Origin: a virus
Lineage: Duplodnaviria > Caudoviricetes
IMG/VR virus record: IMGVR_UViG_3300012352_000175
Span: 1 to 25,722 of that record
Direction: 5' to 3' (one strand)
DNA: 25,722 nt
This document shows positions 15,395 through 23,834 of the stretch, in pieces; position 1 is the first letter of the stretch, and each line of letters begins with the position of its first letter. Made by a program: the position numbers and the translations under genes. The notes under the pieces are model-generated. The model worked only from the letters and a program-made list of their open reading frames with translations, was not told the origin of the DNA and did no database searches.

Positions 15395-16369
15395 ATGTCG
15401 GCCTTACAAACATTATTACAATCACGCATACACGGAAGACCTAGTCCTAAAGGCTGGCTGAGCTTCAACTGTCCAATGTGCGTAGTCAATGGACAAAGTC
15501 GTCCGGATACAAAACGTCGCGGCGGCATGATGTTCAATCCAGACGGCGCAGTTAGCTATCATTGCTTTAACTGTCAATTTAAAACAAGTTGGACTCCTGG
15601 TAGAACACTGAGCTTTAAGATGCGTAAACTTATGCGTCAACTAGGCTTTGATGAAGCAGAAGTGCAACGTCTAAACTTAGAACTACTAAGCCAAGCAGAC
15701 GTAGAAACATTAGTACAACGTGAACCGGAGCCAACATGGACACCTAATTGGCCGGACTATGAGCTAGGATTTGATGTTAGGCCTATTGACAATCCCACAA
15801 AGATAGAATACTTAAAACATAGACAAGTTTATGATCTGGCGGTATGGTTAGAAACAGATACAACCTACGCAGGACTAAACAATAGAGCTATACTGCCATT
15901 AACATACGAAAACAGATTAGTGGGCTTTCAAAGCAGGCATGTTATTGGAGAACTACCTCCTAAGTTTTCCAAGTATTATAAAAAAGCACCACCGGACTAT
16001 GTCTTTGGATTAGATAATCAACGAGATAATAGACAGTTTGTTATTGTCACAGAAGGTGAGATGGATGCGTTACTGACTAGTGGGTTAAGTATTGGAAGTA
16101 ATAATCTAAGTGACCATCAAGCACAACTGATAGAAGACTTAAATATAGAACCTATCGTGCTACCTGACGCAGATAAAGCAGGCAGAGATTTAGTCGAACG
16201 TGCCGCAGATTACGGCTGGAGTGTAAGTTTTCCTGAGTGGGAAAACTGTAAAGACGCTAGTGACGCAGTAATGAAATATGGACGCTTGTTTGCTATTCAC
16301 AGCATACTACAGGCCGCAGAGCATAGTCCAACAAAAATAAGATTAATGGGAAAGAGATATTGTCAATGA
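15395..16369 (+). CDS. DNA primase (T4 gp61/DnaG-like)
   Basis: Zn finger CPMC ... YHCFNC; TOPRIM motifs VTEGEMDA, PDADKAG, KDASD. Confidence 0.9.
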   Translation: MSALQTLLQSRIHGRPSPKGWLSFNCPMCVVNGQSRPDTKRRGGMMFNPDGAVSYHCFNCQFKTSWTPGRTLSFKMRKLMRQLGFDEAEVQRLNLELLSQADVETLVQREPEPTWTPNWPDYELGFDVRPIDNPTKIEYLKHRQVYDLAVWLETDTTYAGLNNRAILPLTYENRLVGFQSRHVIGELPPKFSKYYKKAPPDYVFGLDNQRDNRQFVIVTEGEMDALLTSGLSIGSNNLSDHQAQLIEDLNIEPIVLPDADKAGRDLVERAADYGWSVSFPEWENCKDASDAVMKYGRLFAIHSILQAAEHSPTKIRLMGKRYCQ

Positions 16370-17826
16370 GTAATGAAGTAAAAGAATACAGCGCAGATTT
16401 ACAAAAGTTATTTTTAGAGTTTCTAGTTAGTGACAAGGAACTATTAAGCCGTTGCCAAAACGTTTTAGAAGGTGGCTACTTTACTAGAAGTTTACAAGCA
16501 ACAGCAGAGTTTATTAAAGAATATGCCGGCAAATACAGTGATTGTCCTACAGTAGAACAAATCAAAGCAGTAACAGATACAGAACTTAGAGTCATTCCAG
16601 GTGAAGCTGCCAGTCATAAGGAATGGTTCTTAACAGAGTTCGAACAGTTTGCTAGACATAAAGCATTAGAGAAAGCTATTCTGACTAGTGCCGACTTGTT
16701 AGACAAACAGCGTTATGGTGAAGTAGAAAAGCTAATTAAAGACGCTAGTAACATCGGTTTGCCAAAGAGCTTTGGTACAGACTACTATGCAGATCCTATG
16801 GGTCGACTAATGTTGCTTAAGAATCAAAATGGCGGTACTAGCACAGGTTGGAAGACTATCGATGAAAAGTTGTATGGCGGATTTAACAGAGGAGAACTAA
16901 ACATCTTTGCAGGTGGATCTGGCGCAGGTAAGAGTTTGTTCTTGCAAAACTTAGCATTGAACTGGAGTCAACAAGGACTTAATGGCGTTTACTTTAGTCT
17001 AGAACTCAGCGAAGGCTTGTGTAGTATGCGTATGGATGCTATGCTTATGGGCATTGCTACCAAAGACATTTACAAGAACATTGATGATGTTGACCTTAAC
17101 ATTAAGATGAAAGGTAAGAAAGCAGGTAGATTGCAGATTGTGCAACTTACTGCTGGCATTACAGTTAATGATTTGAAGTCTTGGATTAAAGAATTCCAAA
17201 TCCAGCATAACAATAAGATTGACTTTGTTGTAGTTGATTACTTGGATTTGATGACTCCTGTGTCTGTAAAGATATCTGCAGAGAATACATTTATTAAAGA
17301 CAAGTATGTATCGGAAGAACTTAGGGCAATGGCAGTGCAGGGTGGCTTCTTATTCTGCACAGCTAGTCAGTTGAATCGTGGCGCTGTGGAAAGTGTCGAG
17401 TTTGACCATAGCCACATTAGCGGTGGCTTGTCTAAGATTCAAACAGCAGATAATGTTATTGGTATCTTTAACAGCATGACTATGCGTGAGCGTGGAAGAG
17501 TTCAATTGCAGTTTATGAAGACACGTTCGAGTAGTGCAGTTGGTACAAAGATTGAATTAGAGTTTAATACAGTTAGTCTGCGTATCACAGACTTAGATGA
17601 AGACAGTCCGGAAGCACCTACTACGGCCGATGTGTTACATGATAGACTTCGTCGTCAAGCACAAACAGAGTCCACTAGTACTCCAGCTGTGTCGACAAAA
17701 TGGGAAAGGCCGCAAGCTAAAGAAGGATTCAATTTAGAAACACCGCAGCCTAAAGTGGAACCGTCCATTGCTATGAGAACAATGGACAGTAACAGTAAAC
17801 TTAATAGTTTGCTTAAGAAAAGTTGA
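16366..17826 (+). CDS. Replicative DnaB-family helicase (T4 gp41-like)
   Basis: Walker A GGSGAGKS, FSLELSE, VVVDYLDL, TASQLNR, MKTRSS; ATGA overlap with primase favours start 16366. Confidence 0.92.
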   Translation: MSNEVKEYSADLQKLFLEFLVSDKELLSRCQNVLEGGYFTRSLQATAEFIKEYAGKYSDCPTVEQIKAVTDTELRVIPGEAASHKEWFLTEFEQFARHKALEKAILTSADLLDKQRYGEVEKLIKDASNIGLPKSFGTDYYADPMGRLMLLKNQNGGTSTGWKTIDEKLYGGFNRGELNIFAGGSGAGKSLFLQNLALNWSQQGLNGVYFSLELSEGLCSMRMDAMLMGIATKDIYKNIDDVDLNIKMKGKKAGRLQIVQLTAGITVNDLKSWIKEFQIQHNNKIDFVVVDYLDLMTPVSVKISAENTFIKDKYVSEELRAMAVQGGFLFCTASQLNRGAVESVEFDHSHISGGLSKIQTADNVIGIFNSMTMRERGRVQLQFMKTRSSSAVGTKIELEFNTVSLRITDLDEDSPEAPTTADVLHDRLRRQAQTESTSTPAVSTKWERPQAKEGFNLETPQPKVEPSIAMRTMDSNSKLNSLLKKS

Positions 17827-18282
17827 TTATTTCAAGCCGCGCATTTCTGGTGCTTGTCCAACAGGTTCTGAAGAAGTAGGTGCACCTACTTCTGGAGCAG
17901 GTTCCGAAGTCGGTTCTTCTTGAGCAGCCGTTGTATCTTTGTTCAAATCTGATTTTAATCGTTGGAATAAACTGTTATCTTCTGCGACATAAGCTAACAT
18001 AGTTTCTAGCAAATCCATTAGAGCAGTCATTTGATTTAAATTAGGTCTGCGATTCATATACATTGCACGAACACCTGCTCTTAGATCATTATAATGATCT
18101 TCGCCTACTGCATCTTTAATTGCAGCCAATCGGGTCATTGTGCGAGTAAATGTCCCGTTATCGATTTCTTTTCCGCTTTGTTCCATTCCTGGATCCAACT
18201 CGTTTAATTGCGCATCCTCTTCGATGGAACGAAGTTTGTTTAAAATCGTCCCCATATTAAAATTCGTGCTTGACATCATCAT
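17827..18282 (-). CDS. Hypothetical protein with acidic Pro/Glu tail
   Basis: GGAG SD and GATAAATA box upstream on the minus strand; its stop abuts the helicase stop. Confidence 0.75.
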   Translation of the reverse strand: MMMSSTNFNMGTILNKLRSIEEDAQLNELDPGMEQSGKEIDNGTFTRTMTRLAAIKDAVGEDHYNDLRAGVRAMYMNRRPNLNQMTALMDLLETMLAYVAEDNSLFQRLKSDLNKDTTAAQEEPTSEPAPEVGAPTSSEPVGQAPEMRGLK

Positions 18283-18306
18283 GCTAAATTACTCCACTGT
18301 TAAAGT

Positions 18307-18323
18307 TATTTATCAGATAAATA
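18307..18323. promoter_or_regulatory. Back-to-back divergent late-type promoters
   Basis: Perfect inverted repeat TATTTATC-A-GATAAATA between divergent genes. Confidence 0.7.
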
Positions 18324-18345
18324 CTTTCAAGGATGGACTATAATA

Positions 18346-18606
18346 GTGCGTAAACAGACACGTTCTTTACTTGAAGAAATTACAAATATTGTACCGCAAA
18401 GGGACAGAGAAAGTTTTGTAGAAAACAAAGCTGTGAATGTCATTGCCAGTACTCGGTATCTTGTTGAGTATATACAAGAGAACTTTAACCAAGAGCAAAG
18501 TGAAGATTTATTAAAGCGTTTATTCAACAGTTTAAAAACTGGCGACGAAATGAAATTCCGAAGAGGAATTAAACAAATTAAAGAAGCAAATAATGGAAGA
18601 CTTTGA
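18346..18606 (+). CDS. Hypothetical protein
   Basis: GTG start with GGATGGA SD; helical, 86 aa. Confidence 0.75.
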   Translation: MRKQTRSLLEEITNIVPQRDRESFVENKAVNVIASTRYLVEYIQENFNQEQSEDLLKRLFNSLKTGDEMKFRRGIKQIKEANNGRL

Positions 18607-19363
18607 ACATTTATCTGGCTGGGATTTACTTGTAGAAAGTAGACAATACCGCTCAAATACAGCAGGTCTTAACCTAAGAAATGTCAGCGACTTTGCTTTT
18701 TTGGACTTAATATCGCTATTCATATTACAAAACGAATATGAAACAGCGGCAATATCAAAGAACTATGCAGATAAGACAATCGGTTATAGAAATTTTCTAC
18801 GCCCTAGATTAGCTGGTACCGATTTATATACTAGTCTAAATATTTTAGCTAATCCGGATAGCGTATTCAGTAAAAAAATACATCAAAATCCAGAAGCAGA
18901 TGCTGTACTTAGATCTAAATTAAATGTGCATACTCCTACAGTAAAACGTTATTTGGATTTATTAGCAGACGGCTCATTAAGAAAAGAAGATGCAAGTGTA
19001 TTGTTATTGCGTTTAGAAAAGCAGTTAAACATAACAGACAGTAAATTAAAAAGTATTCGTAGATTAGCGCAAGATTGGCCAGCAATCAATGATATGCAAC
19101 GTGAATTAGTTGTTGCTCGTATGCTTCAGTATTATCACAAGTTTGCCAAACGAAGCGAAATGTCGGTATTTTTAGAAGATCTAGGTAAATCTAAAGGCTA
19201 TAAGTTAAATGCACCTATTGACGCAGAGCTTGCTAATTTAGGTTACGGTGAAAAACCAGCAGCTGGAAAACCAGGTTTGTTAGCAACATTAGCTCCTGCG
19301 GCAGCATTAGTAGCAGGATATAAGTTGGGTTATGCTTTAACTGGCCCAAAAAACAAGCATTAA
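18593..19363 (+). CDS. Hypothetical protein (possible virion component) with Gly/Ala hydrophobic C-terminus
   Basis: 256-aa ORF overlapping the upstream gene; C-terminal LLATLAPAAALVAGYKLGYALT. Confidence 0.75.
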   Translation: MEDFEHLSGWDLLVESRQYRSNTAGLNLRNVSDFAFLDLISLFILQNEYETAAISKNYADKTIGYRNFLRPRLAGTDLYTSLNILANPDSVFSKKIHQNPEADAVLRSKLNVHTPTVKRYLDLLADGSLRKEDASVLLLRLEKQLNITDSKLKSIRRLAQDWPAINDMQRELVVARMLQYYHKFAKRSEMSVFLEDLGKSKGYKLNAPIDAELANLGYGEKPAAGKPGLLATLAPAAALVAGYKLGYALTGPKNKH

Positions 19364-19440
19364 ATAGTATATTAATATCTTATTAAGATAAATAAACTTA
19401 AGAAGACACAGTCTTCGAAACAAATTAGGAGAATTTTATT

Positions 19441-19677
19441 ATGGCAAACGCAGCCCCATTTACAGCAATCGGTCGTGAAGTATTCATCAAGTCTTTTGCT
19501 AAGACAAACATCACTCAAGCTGAGTTGAATGATTTAGTTAAGACAGTTCAGTTAACAAGCACAATCACAGCTATCGGCGCTTTCACAGCCGGTACTAGCG
19601 ATGTAGTTAACATGATCATCGAAGGTAAAGACGTAACTGATGTTGACGGTTTCACTGTTGGCAACGTAGCATTCTAA
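19441..19677 (+). CDS. Small, probably highly expressed late/structural protein
   Basis: TAAATA at 19389-19394, AGGAG SD, biased codons (TTC/ATC/AAC), own terminator. Confidence 0.75.
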   Translation: MANAAPFTAIGREVFIKSFAKTNITQAELNDLVKTVQLTSTITAIGAFTAGTSDVVNMIIEGKDVTDVDGFTVGNVAF

Positions 19678-19707
19678 TTTTTAGAGTGTAATTTTTTCGG
19701 GATGGGA

Positions 19708-19744
19708 AGCCGCAGTAACATTTTGTTCTGCGGTTTTTCTTTTG
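19708..19744 (+). terminator. Rho-independent terminator
   Basis: AGCCGCAG(T)AACA-TTT-TGTTCTGCGGTT followed by a T-rich tract. Confidence 0.8.
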
Positions 19745-19791
19745 ACTAAAACTTTTGTATTAGAAGGTTAAATACAGCATAGGAGAATAAT

Positions 19792-20238
19792 ATGAGAAAT
19801 TCAACAGGACGTACAGGTGAAGTAATTGGCGGAAACATAGAATACTTTACTTGTTATACATTAGTAGACATTACAGATTCAGGAACATATGATCCGACAT
19901 CCGGTAGATTCTACGAACAAGCACAAAATTTAAATGTGCTATTACAGGCTATTAGTTTAGGTAGCCAACCAATTTTATCCAGTGTAGAAAAAATAGTAGC
20001 CGCAGACATAAGTGATTACGAATTCGGTAATGATTTTTCAGGAAATCATAATGTTTGGATTCTACGATTTGCCAGCGAACGTGTTGGTAGTATTACAGTT
20101 ACATCGTTAGTTAGAGATATAGACGGTTTACCTGTCTACGATGACTTAGACGAAACTGCCGTTTTCGATGCTAATGTTTTCGAAACTAATGACACAGATC
20201 AAAAGAATATCTATTTTTATCGAAACGATAGTTTGTGA
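19792..20238 (+). CDS. Hypothetical acidic protein (possible structural)
   Basis: TAAATA 19769-19774, AGGAG SD; YTLVDITDSG motif. Confidence 0.75.
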   Translation: MRNSTGRTGEVIGGNIEYFTCYTLVDITDSGTYDPTSGRFYEQAQNLNVLLQAISLGSQPILSSVEKIVAADISDYEFGNDFSGNHNVWILRFASERVGSITVTSLVRDIDGLPVYDDLDETAVFDANVFETNDTDQKNIYFYRNDSL

Positions 20239-20242
20239 TTTG

Positions 20243-20250
20243 TATAAATA
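20243..20250 (+). promoter_or_regulatory. T4-type late promoter TATAAATA
   Basis: Exact T4 late consensus in an intergenic region. Confidence 0.65.
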
Positions 20251-20370
20251 CAAGTATAATTTTTGGCAACCAAAGGTAACACATTTTGTGTTACCGACAA
20301 TTTTGGCACATTCTCAGGCATTTATTTTATCTAACAAGAACAACATTACAAATAAAGGGGATAGTGTTAA

Positions 20371-20679
20371 ATGGCATCAACAGCTGAACGGCTAGGAATA
20401 GTCGAGACTAAAGTAGTTAATCTTGACAGTAAGATAGACGATTTAAAAGTCGATGTAAAAGAAATGCACGACTGTTTAGACAACACCAGAGATATGTTGG
20501 CAGATCAATTAAAGTGCATGTCCGACGCTTCTGGTAAGCAACATGCAGAGCTTGCTAAGAAAATATCTGACATGGAAAAGTTAAAAGATCGTTGGACATT
20601 TACTGTAGCGGGTGTATTAGTTGCAGTAGGGTGGATTAGTGCCCACGGTACTGATATTATTAAACTTTTAGCAAAATAA
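20371..20679 (+). CDS. Coiled-coil protein with C-terminal transmembrane helix (XhlA/holin-like architecture)
   Basis: Heptads RLGIVETKVVNLDSKIDDLK; TM segment WTFTVAGVLVAVGWISA. Confidence 0.6.
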   Translation: MASTAERLGIVETKVVNLDSKIDDLKVDVKEMHDCLDNTRDMLADQLKCMSDASGKQHAELAKKISDMEKLKDRWTFTVAGVLVAVGWISAHGTDIIKLLAK

Positions 20680-20680
20680 T

Positions 20681-20971
20681 ATGAATGAATTTGAAGTTAT
20701 AGTTGAAGACACTGAAGAACCTTTAACAGAGGCTAAAAGAGTTTGGGCGAAACGCGGTAAAAAGCTAAAGCGTATGATTCGTTGTACCAGTGGCAAGAAA
20801 AAAGGCAGAACAGTTGCCAACGTTGGTGCATGTTCCAAAGCGATAAATATGAAAAAGAGATTTCAGATGAAGCGAATTAGAAAACGCTTTAATGCTAAAA
20901 TCGTTAGAAAGTCAAAGAGAACAAAAGCATTTAATCCGTTAAGTAAACGATTAAAAATGCTTAATAAATAG
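20681..20971 (+). CDS. Highly basic protein with acidic leader (putative head core/DNA-condensing protein)
   Basis: 7 D/E in the first 17 aa, then 32 K/R and no D/E in the remaining 79 aa. Confidence 0.7.
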   Translation: MNEFEVIVEDTEEPLTEAKRVWAKRGKKLKRMIRCTSGKKKGRTVANVGACSKAINMKKRFQMKRIRKRFNAKIVRKSKRTKAFNPLSKRLKMLNK

Positions 20972-20979
20972 GAACATAT

Positions 20980-21390
20980 ATGGCAGATGATCGTAGTTTA
21001 AAAGATATTATTAGATTCGCAGACCCTAGCGGAGAAATCAGCGATCCTGAAATTGCCAGCATTTCTAATTCACTTAAATTTTCAGAAGTATTAGATTTAA
21101 TTTCATATGTAAGCAAAGACGATATGGATTCTGCTAGAAATATTTTAAGCAAGCATGATCCTCGTTTTAACATAGCAAAAGAATATGCAGGGGCAGCTGG
21201 AGCTCGCACTAGCGGATTTAAACCAATCAAACCAGTGGGTAGTAGTCCTACTATTGCAGGAACTCCTACTAATCCAAACGGTCCTCAAGATCAAGACGAT
21301 TTAGAATCATTGGTCACTGATCCAATGAATAAAAATAAACCTGAAGTAAAACAAATACAAAGTTTATTACAAAGGTTACAAAATAGATGA
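20980..21390 (+). CDS. Hypothetical protein
   Basis: TAAATA 20965-20970, AGGA SD. Confidence 0.75.
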   Translation: MADDRSLKDIIRFADPSGEISDPEIASISNSLKFSEVLDLISYVSKDDMDSARNILSKHDPRFNIAKEYAGAAGARTSGFKPIKPVGSSPTIAGTPTNPNGPQDQDDLESLVTDPMNKNKPEVKQIQSLLQRLQNR

Positions 21391-21782
21391 AAATACGTGA
21401 TATCATCTCGGAAGCATATCAAGGTTTCCACGGAAAAAACAAAGACTATGGAACGGTTAAACGCGGTACCGTAGATGAATCATTGCCAAATGCTATGATT
21501 GAACCCGAAGTTAGAAATACAGATACTTACATGCAAATGCGTTATGGACTTGCATTGGCGGCAGCGGCTGCACGGCAAGGCGAAGAGTTTGAACAAGAAA
21601 GTGTTTGGGCAGAAAACATAGGACTAGTCGGATATACTGATGCGGAAGTTGCTCAAATTAAATTGGCAGACAAGATGATGGGTGTAAAAAGTATCAACAT
21701 TAGTAGTCGAGGCAGTCAAGAACGTGCAGATACTGGCACAACTAGTGCGGTGGCCAGCGGATGGAAGAAGTTTGCAAAATGA
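21387..21782 (+). CDS. Hypothetical protein, putative head internal protein
   Basis: N-terminus MKIRDIISEA resembles T4 capsid-targeting leaders; ATGA overlaps. Confidence 0.7.
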   Translation: MKIRDIISEAYQGFHGKNKDYGTVKRGTVDESLPNAMIEPEVRNTDTYMQMRYGLALAAAAARQGEEFEQESVWAENIGLVGYTDAEVAQIKLADKMMGVKSINISSRGSQERADTGTTSAVASGWKKFAK

Positions 21783-21994
21783 AAATAGTTGAACTAGCCT
21801 CTGGTATTAAAACAATGATTACCAACGAACAACAAGAGTTGGTTAAATTAGTCAAAGAACAAACACAAGTGTCTAGAACAGATCTAGATGAACGTAAACA
21901 AAAAATAGCCGAACAAATGACGGGGCTAGGATTGTTAGATAGAATATACGATGAAGAAAAACAAGCAATTATCTACAAACTATTCAGTAGATAA
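21779..21994 (+). CDS. Hypothetical protein (possible winged-helix-like)
   Basis: ATGA overlap favours start 21779 (MKIVEL). Confidence 0.7.
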   Translation: MKIVELASGIKTMITNEQQELVKLVKEQTQVSRTDLDERKQKIAEQMTGLGLLDRIYDEEKQAIIYKLFSR

Positions 21995-22442
21995 AAAAGG
22001 TGCAACTAAATTATCTGCTAAAGTGTCATCGATGTTAGATGATGCTATACCAAGTAATATACTTGGCATGCTAGTTACAATGAAAGAACAAGAACGCAGT
22101 TTAGTGTTTTACGACAGATATAGCTTAAATGTTCGTAACAAAAATGATTATTCTATTCTAGACTTATATACAAAAGATATAGTTTTTGAAAATATTGCCT
22201 TATTTTCTAGTGCTTTACATATTATATTTGCTTTAAATAAAGGGGTGAATAAAAGCGCACCAAAAGAAAATATGATATACGAATTAGATCAAGAATACTT
22301 TCGATGTTTAGAAAACATCAAATTTTATAGACAAAAGATGAATTCGACTAACAGTGAACTAATACCTCTTTTTGCAGACAGATTGACTGATGCCAAAGAA
22401 AGATTAGCTGAAACAAAAATCAAATTATCTAAAACATATTGA
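21951..22442 (+). CDS. Hypothetical protein
   Basis: 163-aa ORF within the same-strand gene run. Confidence 0.7.
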   Translation: MKKNKQLSTNYSVDKKGATKLSAKVSSMLDDAIPSNILGMLVTMKEQERSLVFYDRYSLNVRNKNDYSILDLYTKDIVFENIALFSSALHIIFALNKGVNKSAPKENMIYELDQEYFRCLENIKFYRQKMNSTNSELIPLFADRLTDAKERLAETKIKLSKTY

Positions 22443-22466
22443 TAAATAATCTAAAGGATACCTATT

Positions 22467-23147
22467 ATGAATACCTCTGAAATTTTTAACCCAGCACAAC
22501 GCAAACAACGTGTTGTCGAGAATTTTTTAAACAGCCACTACGGCTTAAAATTAGCCGCACATGGCGACTCTATTAAAGTACAATCTTTAATCAGCAAATT
22601 AGTCATGGAAAATCACCAAATGGCTAGTACAAAAGTTGGCTTCCAAAACGATGCTACTTATGTAAAAAATACAATGATCATTGAAGCACTACGTCACATC
22701 CTTAAAGAGATTGGACCAATGCGTACAGTTCGTAAAATGAACGAACAAAGTGGTGAAGATTTGGCTCAAGCCGAACTTATCCTTGTTGCGCAAAACATGG
22801 TCGATGATCTACAAAAGATGGCCGAAGATGTTGCTCAAATGCAAACTGACGAACTAATGCCTTTAGAAGAAAAAATGAAGACAACATTCGGTCAAGAGCA
22901 AGGTCAACAGTTTGGTCAAAGTGCTGACCAAACATTTTCTACATTGTTAGATGCAGTTAAAGCAGCCAAAGACAGTTTGAGCAACGCAGTTGCAGTCCTA
23001 AAAGGCGAAAGTCCAATGGGCGGCATGGGTGACGATTTAAGTGGCGGTACACCGCAACCAGAATTAGAACCAACAGGCGACGAGTTTGGATTATCTAATG
23101 CTGCCGGTGGCGAAGAAGAATTGCCAACAGGACGCGAGTTGAAGTAA
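22467..23147 (+). CDS. Acidic helical protein, possible prohead core/scaffold
   Basis: TAAATA 22443-22448, AAGGA SD; coiled-coil E/Q/D-rich second half, ends GRELK. Confidence 0.6.
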   Translation: MNTSEIFNPAQRKQRVVENFLNSHYGLKLAAHGDSIKVQSLISKLVMENHQMASTKVGFQNDATYVKNTMIIEALRHILKEIGPMRTVRKMNEQSGEDLAQAELILVAQNMVDDLQKMAEDVAQMQTDELMPLEEKMKTTFGQEQGQQFGQSADQTFSTLLDAVKAAKDSLSNAVAVLKGESPMGGMGDDLSGGTPQPELEPTGDEFGLSNAAGGEEELPTGRELK

Positions 23148-23473
23148 TGCGTTTATACGAATTTGTTGACAGTGATGAACAAGTTTTGTCAATCATTAAG
23201 CCTTTGCTTTTAAGAGCAAAGGCTGAAGGTGCATCTTCAGTGCCTTTAGGTCAATTGACTAATGATATTCAAGATTCTAGTATTACTCCTGAACTGTTAG
23301 TTAATATTATCAATAAGCATAGAGAAAGCCTAAAAGATATTATTACGACAGCAACCTACGATGAAATCGTGTTAAACAATAACGAGATTAAATCAGTAAC
23401 TAGTAAGTTTGATCAAAATGTGGCTAAAATGAAAAGTACCGCATTAAAACAAGCAATGGATAAATTAAAATGA
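23147..23473 (+). CDS. Hypothetical protein, putative head protein
   Basis: N-terminus MRLYEF; TAATG overlap. Confidence 0.7.
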   Translation: MRLYEFVDSDEQVLSIIKPLLLRAKAEGASSVPLGQLTNDIQDSSITPELLVNIINKHRESLKDIITTATYDEIVLNNNEIKSVTSKFDQNVAKMKSTALKQAMDKLK

Positions 23474-23790
23474 TGACATCGATTATGTTAACTGCAACTC
23501 AAGCTAGAAATAAAGCTCAAAATGATTTGGTTATTTTTAACGAAGTTAGATCCATTGAACTAGCTGTTTTAACTGCCAGTGCAAATGGTGAATACGAAGC
23601 AATCGTAACTAATACTTCCATGTCCACAGCTTCTACTTACTTTAACGTTTGGAGAGGAAATGCCAGCGACAGAGCTAAAGAAAAGCAAATGGCAACAATA
23701 ATCCAATATTTTACAGATTTAGGTTATACCATAGAACGTAAAACAAATGCCTCTACCGGTAACACGTTTAACTGGACAATTTATTGGTAA
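23470..23790 (+). CDS. Hypothetical protein (possible structural)
   Basis: 106-aa ORF ending YFTDLGYTIER...WTIYW. Confidence 0.7.
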   Translation: MMTSIMLTATQARNKAQNDLVIFNEVRSIELAVLTASANGEYEAIVTNTSMSTASTYFNVWRGNASDRAKEKQMATIIQYFTDLGYTIERKTNASTGNTFNWTIYW

Positions 23791-23798
23791 TTAATAGA

Positions 23799-23827
23799 TA
23801 GACTATACATTGATTTTAGTGTATAAT
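23799..23827 (+). promoter_or_regulatory. Sigma70-type promoter
   Basis: TAGACT (23799-23804), 17 nt, TATAAT (23822-23827), 7 nt before ATG 23835. Confidence 0.65.
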
Positions 23828-23834
23828 AGTGTAT

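Noticed and set aside
20168-20395. 75-aa ORF spanning the intergenic leader
   Set aside because: It overlaps both neighbours, has no SD and crosses a late promoter and hairpin; the region reads better as non-coding
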